NCBI GenBank assembly: GCA_002269645.1
Contig: NIVC01004311.1
Location: forward strand, 1 to 50,892
Source of the DNA: Macrostomum lignano
Lineage: Eukaryota
Reading direction: 5' to 3'
Length of the DNA stretch: 50,892 nt
The notes beneath the pieces were generated by a model that was given only the letters and a program-made list of their open reading frames with translations, was not told the DNA's origin and did not search any database. Within the stretch, counting starts at the first letter, position 1, and each line of letters opens with the position of its first letter. Of this stretch, positions 13,010-25,519 are shown piece by piece. Both the position numbers and the translations under genes were made by a program.

Positions 13010-14040
13010 AATGACGCTAGATTCTATGACCAGAATAAGAGTGAGTTCTATGACCAGAATAAGAGTGATCTCTATGACCAGAATAAGAGTGAGCTCTATG
13101 ACCAGAATAAGAGCGAGCTCTATGACGAGAATAAGAGTGAGCTCTATGTCAAGAATGACACAAAATTCTATGGTCAAAAAGAAAATTCCGACTAGATTCC
13201 GACTAGACTGAGACTAGATTCTATGATCAGAATGAGAGACTAGACTGAGACTAGATTCTATGATCAGAATGAGAGACTAGACTGAGACTAGATTCTATGA
13301 TCAGAATGAGAGACTAGACTGAGACTAGGTTCTATGATCAGAATGAGAGACTAGACTGAGACTAGATTCTATGATTAGAATGAGAGACTAGACTGAGACT
13401 AGATTCTATGATCAGAATGAGACTAAGTTGAGATTAGATTATATGATCAGAATGAGACTAGAATAGACTCTCTATGACCAGAATGAGACGAATGAGACTA
13501 GATTCTATGATCAGAATGAGACGAATGAGACTAGATCCTATAATCAAAATGAGATGTAAATGAGACTAGATTCTATGACCAGAATGAGATGAAAATGAAA
13601 CTAGATTCTATGACCAGAATGAGATGAAAATGAAACTAGATTCTATGACCAGAATGAGATGTAAATGAGACTAGATTCTATGACCAGAATGAGATGTAAA
13701 TGAGACTAGATTCTATGACCAGAATGAGATGTAAATGAGACTGGATTCCATGACCAGAATGAGATGTAAATGAGACTGGATTCCATGACCAGAATGAGAT
13801 GTAAATGAGACTAGATTCTATGACCAGAATGAGATGTAAATGAGACTGGTTCCATGACCAGAATGAGATGTAAATGAGACTAGATTCTATGACCAGAATG
13901 AGATGTAAATGAGACTAGATTCTATGACCAGAATGAGATGTAAATGAGACTAGATTCTATGACCAGAATGAGATGTAAATGAGACTAGATTCTATGACCA
14001 GAATGAGATGTAAATGAGACTGAATTCTATGACCAGAATG
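13010..14040. repeat. Composite minisatellite of 24-, 37- and 35-bp units sharing the core TTCTATGA(C/T)CAGAAT
   Basis: Unit length changes along the array while the core is retained. It lies just inside the intron after the zinc-finger exon donor. Confidence 0.93.
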
Positions 14041-14083
14041 GCCAGAAAGCAGCTCAACTCAATGACAGGAATGCCGGACTCAC

Positions 14084-14593
14084 CAGTGGTGCGGCGGTCC
14101 CATCGGCCTCGGCGCAGCTCAGGCCCGCCACGTTGCGCAGGCCGTGGTACTCGAAGTGCCGCCTCAGCTCTGCAACGCTGGCCGCTCGGAACGGGCAGAA
14201 CAGGCACCGGCGGGACGGCGAAGCCCCGGCTGCGTCTCCGGTGGCGCTGGTGGCAACGGCGGTCGGCTTGAGCAGGCCGCGGAAAACGGTCTCAACACCC
14301 GTACTCGAGCCGGACTCGCCGGGATGCGCGATGGCCAAATGCTCGGACATGAAGGCCGCCGAGTTGCTGACCTTGGCGCAGACAGAGCAGCGGAGCAGGT
14401 TGAACCGGGAGCCGTCAGCGTCGGCGTCGGCTGCCTCCGCCGGCTCGCGCGCTGCGTCGCCATTCAGGTGCTGGTGCTGGTGCTTGGCGGTGAAGTGCGC
14501 CTCCAGCTTGTCCACGTGGTGCGTGACGAAGTGGCAGAGCGGACAGCTGAGCACGAGGACCTCGGCCGGGGCGATCTGAGGAAATATTCCCAT
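14084..14593 (-). CDS. Exon encoding three widely spaced C2H2 zinc fingers; probable 5' coding exon of the TALE homeobox gene
   Basis: CPLC-x12-H-x4-H, CSVC-x12-H-x4-H and CLFC-x12-H-x3-H. ATG in good context (GGCATGG) at 14593. Strong donor CTG|GTGAGT at 14084/14083, phase 0. Confidence 0.8.
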
Positions 14594-17221
14594 GCCGGCT
14601 GCTGTCGCTGTTTGTGCCGACTGGCCCGCGCCGGGCGAGGAGAGCGAGTAGGGAAACGGAGAGGATAAAAGTTTTGAGGAGCCTGGATTTGGGAGTGAAA
14701 GCTTCTTGTTGAAAATTTATCCGAGCGGCTTTCTAGAGTATCGGCTCGGAGAAAGGCAGAGGCGGGCCTGGGAGTATTCGGGAGGATTTGACGCTGAGAA
14801 GAGGTTTATCTGCCTTCAAAAGCTACAGCAGGAATGGATGGGGCGGCGGCGGGATCAGGTGGGCCATTCTTCGGCTTGGAGCTGCTGGGATCAGAGGAAG
14901 AGGCGATATGTGGCAAGCAGGGAGGGGGCGTCTCGTCTTACTGACGGTGAAGAGACGGAGCGGAGTGGGTTGGATGAAGGGAGGGGGATATTTTTATAGT
15001 CGCTGATGAAGCTTGATGAAGCGCTGACGCCGCGTGCGGAGGGTTTGAATAGCAGCTGCGTCCCGGCGGCTGGCCGGCTCAAACTGTGTTTCGAATGCTT
15101 CTGGCAGCTGATTCGAATTCGACAAAGAAGCCGCTGGCAGCTCCCGGGGCTCCGATCAGTCAGTGTCTCGGTTGCATCGCGAAAAGAAGCGAATAGAGGA
15201 GGCGGCGGCGGCGCAGGAGAACCGAGGCGGCTCGAGCTGGGAGGGTCTTCAGCGCATGAAAAGCAGGCAGAGAAGGAGGGTGAGCGAGAGGGGGGCTGTG
15301 GGAGGTGTGTGGGGGAGGGGTGGAGGGCGAGTCAAGTCAATCAGTCACCGTTCACCCCTCCAGTTTGCAGCCACGGCCCGAGGGCTCGATGGGGGTGGCG
15401 GCACGCAGCGATAGGGCAGGGGCTGGGCCCGGCGTCCACCGGTTGGCGGAGCGGAGAGAGCGAGAGAGACAGCCAGACAGGGGGGGAGGGGCAGAGAGTG
15501 GGAGGGCGAGCTGTGCGCAGTTTTGTACATGCGTCAAAGTCAGCTCGGCCTGCCACTGCCCCACCGCCTCGGCAGCTCTCACATCCCTGCCGTCAAGGGC
15601 GACTGACTGGTCAGGGTATAGAGGAGAAATTGCGACTGGGCTCTGGGGGAGGATGAGCGCCTGCTCAAATCCCAAACTGACCGGCCGTGCCGCCCCATTT
15701 CTCCATTGCTCTCCCCTCCCTGACTTCAGATTCAGCCCGGCCCGTGGCACTGCAGCGGCAGGCTAAGGTGAAATGCAGGCCGAGCACGCAGGGGTCTGGC
15801 ACTGGGACTCGCGCACAGCGGCTCCCTTCTTTACTCATTCCCGTCTATTTTCCCCTTCAGTTCGCCCAGCGAGCCGAGGTGATTGAACTGGCAAAAGGGA
15901 GAGGGGAGAGAGTTCCAGTCCTCACTGCCAGCCAAGCCAGTCCTCAATGCTGCCGTCCCCGTGAGAGCCGTCATGGCTGGCAGTCTGGCCCAACTGACCC
16001 GAGCCCCTACGAGGCGGAGTCTGTCCGTCCCCATCAAAGTCCTGCTGCTGGGGGGGGGGGGCTGGCAGGATGAAGTTTTCTCACCCCCAGTCAGCTGAGC
16101 ACCCGCTCCCCACCAGAGAGACTTGAACTCGGGGCGGAGCAGCTGAGACGTCAAACTGCCGCCTCACCTCCCATTCCCCAGTCGGCTTAATCGAGCCGTT
16201 AGCTAATCCCAGATCCCTTTGAATTATTTTTTTCCTATCCGCCTCTCCCCCAGTCCTCTCAGGTCTGTCCGCCCTTGTCAGTTTGAAGTGAGTCAGTGCG
16301 ATAGCGGGTTGGGGAGGGGCGAGGGAGACTGGGAGAGCAGGGGAAAAGAAGATCCTGCAAGAGCCTCATCATACAGCAGTATCTCATCCCCTGTCTATGC
16401 GCATCTTCACGGAAATCCTGGCTTTCCTATACTCAACTCGGTTCGCTGCTCAATAATCCAGCGGCTCTAGCAAGCCGGCAGAAGTCGTGCCAGCCGAAGA
16501 TCACAACTAAGAAGACTTGATTCTCTGATATGCTTAGAAAAAATCTCGTTGCTTCCATGCCACCCCAGTGAGGGTGACAGTGGTGGGAAATCCCTCACTA
16601 GCAAGCCACCCCCGGCCAAGTGGAAATGCTATAATAGAATACAATGCAGCAGTGGCAGCAGTGGGGGGGAGTTCAGTGCTGGGCAAGCATACAGAGTTAC
16701 AGAGGCGCAATTTACAATAATTGTTCCAGCAAGCACACTGCATGCGCCTCAGGCTCTCGATTCACAGGACTTGACTGGACTGGCAGGCCACTGCTGCTGG
16801 GGCAATGGGGTGGAGAGAACGAATTAGCTGTCAACAAATTGACAGACAGACAGATAGACAGACAGACAGAGAGAGAGAAAGCTGGCGGGTGCTGGCCGCT
16901 GCAGTTGGCAGGTCTGCAGAGGAAGACGCGAGCCCCGCAGTTTTGACAGACAGCGGGCGATTGCGCCGGAGTGGGGGCGGGCGGCTGCTCCGACCGGGCT
17001 GCGAGTTGCCGGGGAGAATTATTTCAGCAACCCGCGGGAATGAAGGATTAAAAAGTGAAACAACAAATCACCTGACAGACAGGCGAGTAGGCAGACAGAC
17101 GGGGCTGCGTTGCGGCTAGCAGAGTTTGTGCTGTGCTGCACACAGGTAAACATGGACAGCAATCTTGCTCGCTTGGAATGTGTGTGCTGATGCTGGTTAC
17201 TCAGATGCACACCTGTGACAT

Positions 17222-17416
<195 letters not shown>

Positions 17417-18104
17417 TTCACAGAATAATTAAGAGGGTGAAGTCTCCTGACTTTTCTGGCGGCGGCGGCGACAGCAGAAAGCAACAAGAATTTTCTGGGC
17501 CACTTGTCACTAGGGAGGTCGACTGGGGGGGGGGGAGGGCGGCCGGCTCTTTAAAGACAGAAAATCTTAGGAAACGGCGCAGAAAGTCTCGACCGCGTCG
17601 GGGCGGAGGGCTGGGGATAATCTTCCCCACTCCGACCCAGCCACTCCGCGGCGATCGTTACAATCCAGCCTCCGCTTCATCAATATCGAAACCGAAGCCA
17701 GAAGTTGGATTTTTGTTGTTTTTAGGCGCGCCACTTTTTAGGCCACAAAGAGGAGCAGGTGCAGGGAGGTGCAGGGAGGTGCAGGGAGGGACCTACCGCA
17801 CCGCGGCAGTCACCGAGGCGGAGTGAAATCTTATGGCCTCTGGGATCACTGCTGCCGTTCGCGCCGAATCCCATTTGAGAGATTTCCACCGCAATTCGTC
17901 AGGCAAAAAGCCCCGACACGGAAAATTGAAAGCGAAATTGGGGAAAAATGCGGAACTTCTGCGGTGGGTGCCGCTGCAGTCAGTTACTCACTCTGCTGTT
18001 TTCACAAGTAAAATGCTTTTTACAATTATTTTTCTTAACTACAGAAACACAGACCGCCTGTGTCATTGAAGTTTGCAATCCCAATATTCCGATTTGAAGA
18101 TTTC

Positions 18105-18982
18105 CCCAGATCTCAGATCCCAGATCTCAGATCCCAGATCTCAGATCCCAGATCTCAGATCCCAGATCTCAGATCCCAGATCTCAGATCCCAGATCTCAG
18201 ATCCCAGATCTCAGATCCCAGATCTCAGATCCCAGATCTCAGATCCCAGATCTCAGATCCCAGATCTCAGATCCCAGATCTCAGATCCCAGATCTCAGAT
18301 CCCAGATCTCAGATCCCAGATCTCAGATCCCAGATCTCAGATCCCAGATCTCAGATCCCAGATCTCAGATCCCAGATCTCAGATCCCAGATCTCAGATCC
18401 CAGATCTCAGATCCCAGATCTCAGATCCCAGATCTCAGATCCCAGATCTCAGATCCCAGATCTCAGATCCCAGATCTCAGATCCCAGATCTCAGATCCCA
18501 GATCTCAGATCCCAGATCTCAGATCCCAGATCTCAGATCCCAGATCTCAGATCCCAGATCTCAGATCCCAGATCTCAGATCCCAGATCTCAGATCCCAGA
18601 TCTCAGATCCCAGATCTCAGATCCCAGATCTCAGATCCCAGATCTCAGATCCCAGATCTCAGATCCCAGATCTCAGATCCCAGATCTCAGATCCCAGATC
18701 TCAGATCCCAGATCTCAGATCCCAGATCTCAGATCCCAGATCTCAGATCCCAGATCTCAGATCCCAGATCTCAGATCCCAGATCTCAGATCCCAGATCTC
18801 AGATCCCAGATCTCAGATCCCAGATCTCAGATCCCAGATCTCAGATCCCAGATCTCAGATCCCAGATCTCAGATCCCAGATCTCAGATCCCAGATCTCAG
18901 ATCCCAGATCTCAGATCCCAGATCTCAGATCCCAGATCTCAGATCCCAGATCTCAGATCCCAGATCTCAGATCCCAGATCTC
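18105..18982. repeat. Perfect 14-bp tandem array (CCCAGATCTCAGAT)n, about 62 copies
   Basis: I saw no variant units. It is a dimer of the 7-mers CAGATCC and CAGATCT. Confidence 0.99.
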
Positions 18983-20414
18983 AAATCCTAACTAACCGCG
19001 CTCACTCATAGGCCCTACTTCATCTTTTGCACCCCGGAATTCCTGTGCCGTGCCAAAACCTCTTGTCACAAGACAACCGCTGCCCGCCTCTGCCTCCCAT
19101 GCGACACGATCTAATCAAAACTTGCAGGAGAGCAGCTGGGGGCGGGGCGCTGAGTGCGCATGCAAAAGCGGGCTTGAAGGCTTTCAATTTTCCCAATCCC
19201 TTCTGAGTGACCAGAAGCTCCGCTCTCTGAGAAGTCACTCGAGGAGCCCGAGAGGCAGTCGCTGCTGCCGCTGACCCCTCGCCGCTCTCTCCGGACCCGC
19301 CAAGAACTCTACCCCCCCCCCTGCGCCGCAGTCTCCCTTCCTCCATTTTCTCCATCAGTCTGGACTCGTCCTCCGCCTTTCCCAGCCTCCCAGGGGGGCC
19401 GCAAGCGGAGAAGGGAGGAGGGGGGCAAGGAGGCCTTGGGTTTTTGACAAGCAGCTCCCCGGCTTGATAAGGCGCTGTCATTTTGCGTAATTGATGGGGC
19501 TGAGAGAGGAGAGGAGAGAGAGAGAGGGAAGCGGACTGCCCAGCCTCTCTCCTTCATCAGATTGGCCGCTGCCCGCTTCACTGGAAGAGACGGGGGGAGT
19601 CCGGTGCTACTCAAGTCTGCAGTCGCCCATGACAGACAGACGTCAGTCAGAGGCTCTGATAATGGAAATAAGGGGGATTGGCTTGCGAGTCAAGGAGGCA
19701 GGCGTTGGGAAAATACGAAAGTATGAAAGAATTTTCGCATATTTTATGAATCGCCTCTCGCCCACCTTGAGCTGCACGGGAAAAGTCTTGCCAGCCTCTA
19801 ATGGCTGGTAAAGCGTTGGTCGCTTGAGTCAATCTGATTGAACAGAAACTAATGCAAGATTCCGGTATCAAAATGGCAGATTCCGTAATCAAAAGTGGCA
19901 TAGACCAACATCAAAAGTGGCATCAAAAGTGGCATAGTCCGACATCAAAAGTATACGGTTTCTAGGTTATGATTTTGATTTGATTTCTGCCGCTTTCATC
20001 GCTACTTGCGATGAAACCCTCGCAGGAGCGGCTCAGCTTTTTGAGCTTCCGACACTCCTTCCATGGCGGCGGCGGCGGCAGCGGCCGTCCACCGAATCTA
20101 TCAAAAAAGTGTCAAGACACGAGCGAGACAGCGGAGAGGCCCGGCAGCCCATCTGCGGGCTTAGCGGCAGAGTCCGCAGCTTTATTTACTTTTCATTCCT
20201 TTTCAATCTTTTCCCCTCTTCCTTCTTCCCGAACCCCCCCCCCGACGTGCCACCAGCGGCGCCGCCTGAAAGGGGGGAGGCGAGGAGGGACTGCGGGGTG
20301 TCGCACGCGAGACGAACAGCGGGCAGCCACCCAGCTTGATTGATAAGAAAATGATGGATGCCCGGCCACCGGACACCGCTCACAGTCTCCTGCCCTGCTC
20401 TCCCATCTCTGACC

Positions 20415-20962
20415 GCCACTCACCCTGTCTCTGCCACTGTCCACCAGCCAGCCTCCCCTGTCCCTGCCACTGTCCACCAGCCAGCCTCCCCTGTCCCTGC
20501 CACTGTCCACCAACCAGCCTCCCCTGTCCCTGCCACTGTCCACCAGCCAGCCTCCCCTGTCTCTGCCACTGTCCACCAGCCAGCCTCCCCTGTCTCTGCC
20601 ACTGTCCACCAGCCAGCCTCCCCTGTCTCTGCCACTGTCCACCAGCCAGCCTCCCCTGTCTCTGCCACTGTCCACCAGCCAGCCTCCCCTGTCTCTGCCA
20701 CTGTCCACCAGCCAGCTCGCCCTGTCCCTGCCACTGTCCACCAGCCAGCCAGCCTCCCCTGTCTCTGCCACTGTCCACCAGCCAGCCTCCCCTGTCTCTG
20801 CCACTGTCCACCAGCCAGCCTCCCCTGTCTCTGCCACTGTCCACCAGCCAGTCTCCCCTGTCTCTGCCACTGTCCACCAGCCACTCTCCATCTGTCTCTG
20901 CCACTGTCCACCAGCCACTCTCCATCTGTCTCTGCCACTGTCCACCAGCCACTCTCCATCTG
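20415..20962. repeat. 33-bp minisatellite (CCCTGTCTCTGCCACTGTCCACCAGCCAGCCTC)n
   Basis: Direct 33-bp periodicity, about 16 copies. Confidence 0.96.
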
Positions 20963-22544
20963 TCTCTTCCTTCTCTATTCCTTCTCTTCCTTATCTCTAT
21001 CCGCTCCAATCTCAAGCTTTTAAACTGGAGTCCCGGTTTCCATGCCGTCTCCCTCACAGCTTAAAACCTCCAGCCTGGGGGGGGGGGTCAATTATGCTCA
21101 AATAACACCTGCATTAGTGTGGTGCATGTCAAACAGAAACATTGATAAGGCAGGCAGGCAGGTACACAGAAAAAGCGATCACATGTCCAAATTCAGCCCA
21201 TAGCTTTGTCAGTGCAATCAACGCAGTGTCCATCAAGCAGCCAAAATCGAGCAGTGACACGAACTGACTGATGATGGACAGGTTGACAGGCTGATTAGTG
21301 CAGCACAGCCTCGCTGTAGGAACAGATTTTTAACGAAGCATGTTGCAGCCGGCCGTGATATTAACAATTGATACGAGGGCCGTGATCCGCATCTATGAAT
21401 ACGTGCAGCAAAAATGAATGGCTGTCAAAATCAGCCACACCTTTATATGCCCCAGTGAAGCCCCCCCCTCAGTCACGACCGCCGCCTTATCTCTCCCTCT
21501 GTCACTTCACACTGCATTTCAACAAACTGCCTCTTTCAACTTCTTTCTTGCACTAGAAATTTCTTCTTCACTGACACACACCCGCGCTTCATTTGTGTGC
21601 CCCCAGGGAGCGGGAGTGTGCAGTTGAAGACGAGCTCTTGACAAAGAGAAGCACAGGAAATCCTCGGCTTTGTTGTTCAATCGATAGTCGGAGCTGCTTC
21701 AATCTACCTAGACAGGCGCAGAAGAGGTTGTTCGAAAATTTTCAATTTTAACAAGAGAGTAAAACAAGCCCGTTGTCAAAGCCCGACTTGGGACTGGAGT
21801 GTGTTTAGTCTATGGCCCAACCCCCCCCCCCCCGCAGCGCTGGTCCATCGCCCGTCTACACTTGTAACCTGAATACTGTGAAGGGGAGAGGGGAGGGGCG
21901 CACGATCCCCCCCCCTCCCCGGCACCCCGAGGCTTGCCCGGGTGTGCCGTGGCCGAGAGAGACGAAAGCAGAAGTGGCCCGGGCTTGCTTGAAGCCACCT
22001 GTTGCTCGCCGATGCCATTCAAAACAGTTTGTGCTCGCTTCAGAGAGACAGACGGGGCAGGCAGACACGAAGGCCAGAGAAGTGTTTGCTTCTAGCAGCC
22101 AGCCAGTCCAATCAACTTTTGTGAATTTCTTTGTGAACCGTAAAAACTTGTAGTGGGCGAGGCACGCGTCGGGATGGCTTTGATTGACAATTTGTTAAAA
22201 TGATTGATAGATTAATAGGGGCGACAATGTTCACTGGGATATTGAAGGGAAACCGCATTTTTGCACAACTAGACCAAGCTTTGAGGCTATGAAATTAAGA
22301 TTGACGTTGTGACACATCGACTCAAACCCCTCAAGTCTGAGTCGAGGTTTAAAAAATTCAATTGTATCACCCACTTTCGCACCAAAGTCAATGCACCTGG
22401 AGCTGGCAGTCATAATGAATGGAGGCTCGCATCGTCGCACCTCACGCAATGGCATTAAGGCAGAAAGGTAGCTTCAGATTTCTATAACAATTGCAACACC
22501 CTCACAATTTACCTTGTGACAGCTATAAATTCTATTGGCCTCCG

Positions 22545-22880
22545 TAACACCCTCAGTAACACCCCTACAATTCTGCACTCACACTGCAACACCCTCAGTA
22601 ACAGCCCCACCATTCCACACCCACTCTGCAACACCCTCAGTAGCAGCCCCACCATTCCACACCCACTCTGCAACACCCTCAGTAGCAGCCCCACCATTCC
22701 ACACCCACTCTGCAACACCCTCAGTAGCAGCCCCACCATTCCACACCCACTCTGCAACACCCTCAGTAGCAGCCCCACCATTCCACACCCACTCTGCAAC
22801 ACCCTCAGTAGCAGCCCCACCATTCCACACCCACTCTGCAACACCCTCAGTAACAGCCCCACCATTCCAGACCCACTGTA
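22545..22880. repeat. 42-bp minisatellite (ACCCTCAGTAGCAGCCCCACCATTCCACACCCACTCTGCAAC)n
   Basis: About 8 direct copies. Confidence 0.96.
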
Positions 22881-23464
22881 ACAATGAAGGCAAGTGAAGC
22901 ACTTGCAAACGGCAGAGCCAACCTGGCCCAAACCGCATCAGCCATGCGGTCGGGATTCATGGGAATATTCGACCTCCGCGCCAGCTGAGCCGGCAATTCT
23001 GCAGCGGTCCCGATTCAAAAATTGGCCGCTTTGTGTGGAGGCGCCGGCCCTGCAAAGCGAACTCGGAGCGGCTAAGATTAAAAGCAAAACGAGGCTTTGG
23101 CCTTTCATCCACCCCGCCTTCCATCGAGCTTTGCCGGCTGCAGCGATAAGATAGCGGAAAAAACACCGTTAAACCTGAGCAGTCTGATGCAGCTCAAACA
23201 TGCGCTGTGCCGCAGACTCCACCGCAGCTCTGCAGACTTGTGCGGGATGGGATCCAAGCATAAATCAGGGCTAGCAACCCTGGGCCCAGTTCCTCCTATT
23301 CGCTTGGAGACAAAAATGGCGTTTTCTACGTCCCCGAAAACTTGCTCGAACCTGTCAATCATCAACCGCCTGGAAACAATTTTGAAAATTTATCTGAGTC
23401 TCCAAGGGCAATTAATATTATCTGGCGGAGTTGGCAGGTGGAGATGTCTGGTCACTAAGCTATA

Positions 23465-24612
23465 GATATCCAAAAATCTATTCCTGCCTTCATGATCTCT
23501 ATCCAAGTATCTATTACTGCCTTCATGATCTCTATCCAAGTATCTATTCCTGCCTTCACGATCTCTATCCAAGTATCTATTCCTGCCTTCACGATCTCTA
23601 TCCAAGTATCTATTCCTGCCTTCACGATCTCTATCCAAGTATCTATTCCTGCCTTCATGATCTCTATCCAAGTATCTATTCCTGCCTTCACGATCTCTAT
23701 CCAAGTATCTATTCCTGCCTTCACGATCTCTATCCAAGTATCTATTCCTGCCTTCACGATCTCTATCCAAGTATCTATTCCTGCCTTTATGATCTCTATC
23801 CAAGTATCTATTCCTGCCTTCATGATCTCTATCCAAGTATCTATTCCTGCCTTCACGATCTCTATCCAAGTATCTATTCCTGCCTTCACGATCTCTATCC
23901 AAGTATCTATTCCTGCCTTCACGATCTCTATCCAAGTATCTATTCCTGCCTTCACGATCTCTATCCAAGTATCTATTCCTGCCTTCACGATCTCTATCCA
24001 AGTATCTATTCCTGCCTTTATGATCTCTATCCAAGTATCTATTCCTGCCTTTAAGACCTCTATCCAAATATCTATTCCTGCCTTCATGATCTCTATCCAA
24101 GCATCTATTCCTGCATTCATGATCTCTATCCAAGTATCTATTCCTGCCTTCATGATCTCTATCCAAATATCTATTCCTGCCTTCATGATCTCTATCCAAG
24201 TATCTATTCCTGCATTCATGATCTCTATCCAAGCATCTATTCCTGCATTCATGATCTCTATCCAAGCATCTATTCCTGCATTCATGATCTCTATCCAAAT
24301 ATCTATTCCTGCCTTCATGATCTCTATCCAAGCATCTATTCCTGCATTCATGATCTCTATCCAAGTACCTATTCCTGCCTTCATGATCTCTATCCAAGTA
24401 TCTATTCCTGCCTTCATGACCTCTATCCAAGTATCTATTCCTGCCTTCACGATCTCTATCCAAGTATCTATTCCTGCCTTCATGATCTCTATCCAAGTAC
24501 CTATTCCTGCCTTCATGATCTCTATCCAAATATCTATTCCTGCCTTCATGATCTCTATCCAAGTATCTATTCCTGCCTTCATGATCTCTATCCAAGTATC
24601 TATTCCTGCCTT
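23465..24612. repeat. 33-bp minisatellite (TATCCAAGTATCTATTCCTGCCTTCA(C/T)GATCTC)n
   Basis: About 35 direct copies with point variants. Confidence 0.97.
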
Positions 24613-25519
24613 CTTAGTTATCGCTTCTCTGTTCTCGCAATAATTTTTTATACTTCGATCTTAACTGACGAGTAATTTGACCCATTTTGGATAGTTTCTT
24701 CGAACCCCTCAATAAATGTAACTCCCGCAATTATATCCATTTGTTTATTGCTCCACCGCAGCAGGAGAACGGATCAGCGCAGCTTCCAATTCCTGCTCCG
24801 CCAGTTGCTGCAACCGTTGCCGCAGAAATCCCGGGAAAGGCCAGTCGCAGCTTTCACTGTCCCCTCGGCATATCCAGCTGTCAATCTGGCCGCCTGCCCA
24901 GCCCCAGAGTAGCATCATCATGGACAGGCCGCCCCCGCTCCCTCCCGACACCCTCCATCGACGGGAGGCCCCGCTGCCAATCAGGCGCCCTCAACAATCA
25001 CTCCCGGTCCTCCTTGAGCTTGCTTAGGCCGGCAGCCTTCCCCCTGACACCGTCCAAGATACTGACTGGCAGCTGTCAGTCAAAACCCGTGTCTGTGTGC
25101 TACACTGTTAAAACTGCGCCTCGAGAGGCGATGCCGAGGCAGCGGGGAGAGCAGGCGAGAAGAGCGTCTTATTGTGCGACTGGCTGCCTATCTGCAGCCT
25201 GTCTGTCTGTCCGTCTGTCTCTCTTTCTGCGGCCACTAATTGCTAGCATCAGCGGGACCTCTTCAAGCCGTTGGGGGTCTCGGCCTCCCGCCGCCCCTCT
25301 TCCCAGCCTTCCCCGACTTCCCCGCGGCTAAAGACACTCAAACTTTCTGCGAAGTAGAGGAGTGGCGCTAAGAGACGAATTCAGGGAGTTGCTCCTTCTG
25401 GCAGTGATCTGACTTGCGTGTCTGCCTGTCAGAGCTGCTCAACAAGCGGCTTGACTCAACACCAAACTTGCAGTGCTTGACTAAAGCAGTCAGTGTTTGA
25501 TCGCTCTGTTGTCGGATAG

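Noticed and set aside
18060-19011. 311/312-aa RSQIPDL repeat ORFs
   Set aside because: Artefact of the perfect 14-bp array.
23390-24643. Long repetitive ORFs (DRDHEGRNRYL, ISIQVSIPAFT, etc.)
   Set aside because: The 33-bp unit is a multiple of 3 and stop-free in several frames on both strands. There is no unique coding flank or splice support.
24687-25331. GC-rich ORFs on both strands
   Set aside because: No domain motif and no consistent splice sites. More likely regulatory or non-coding.
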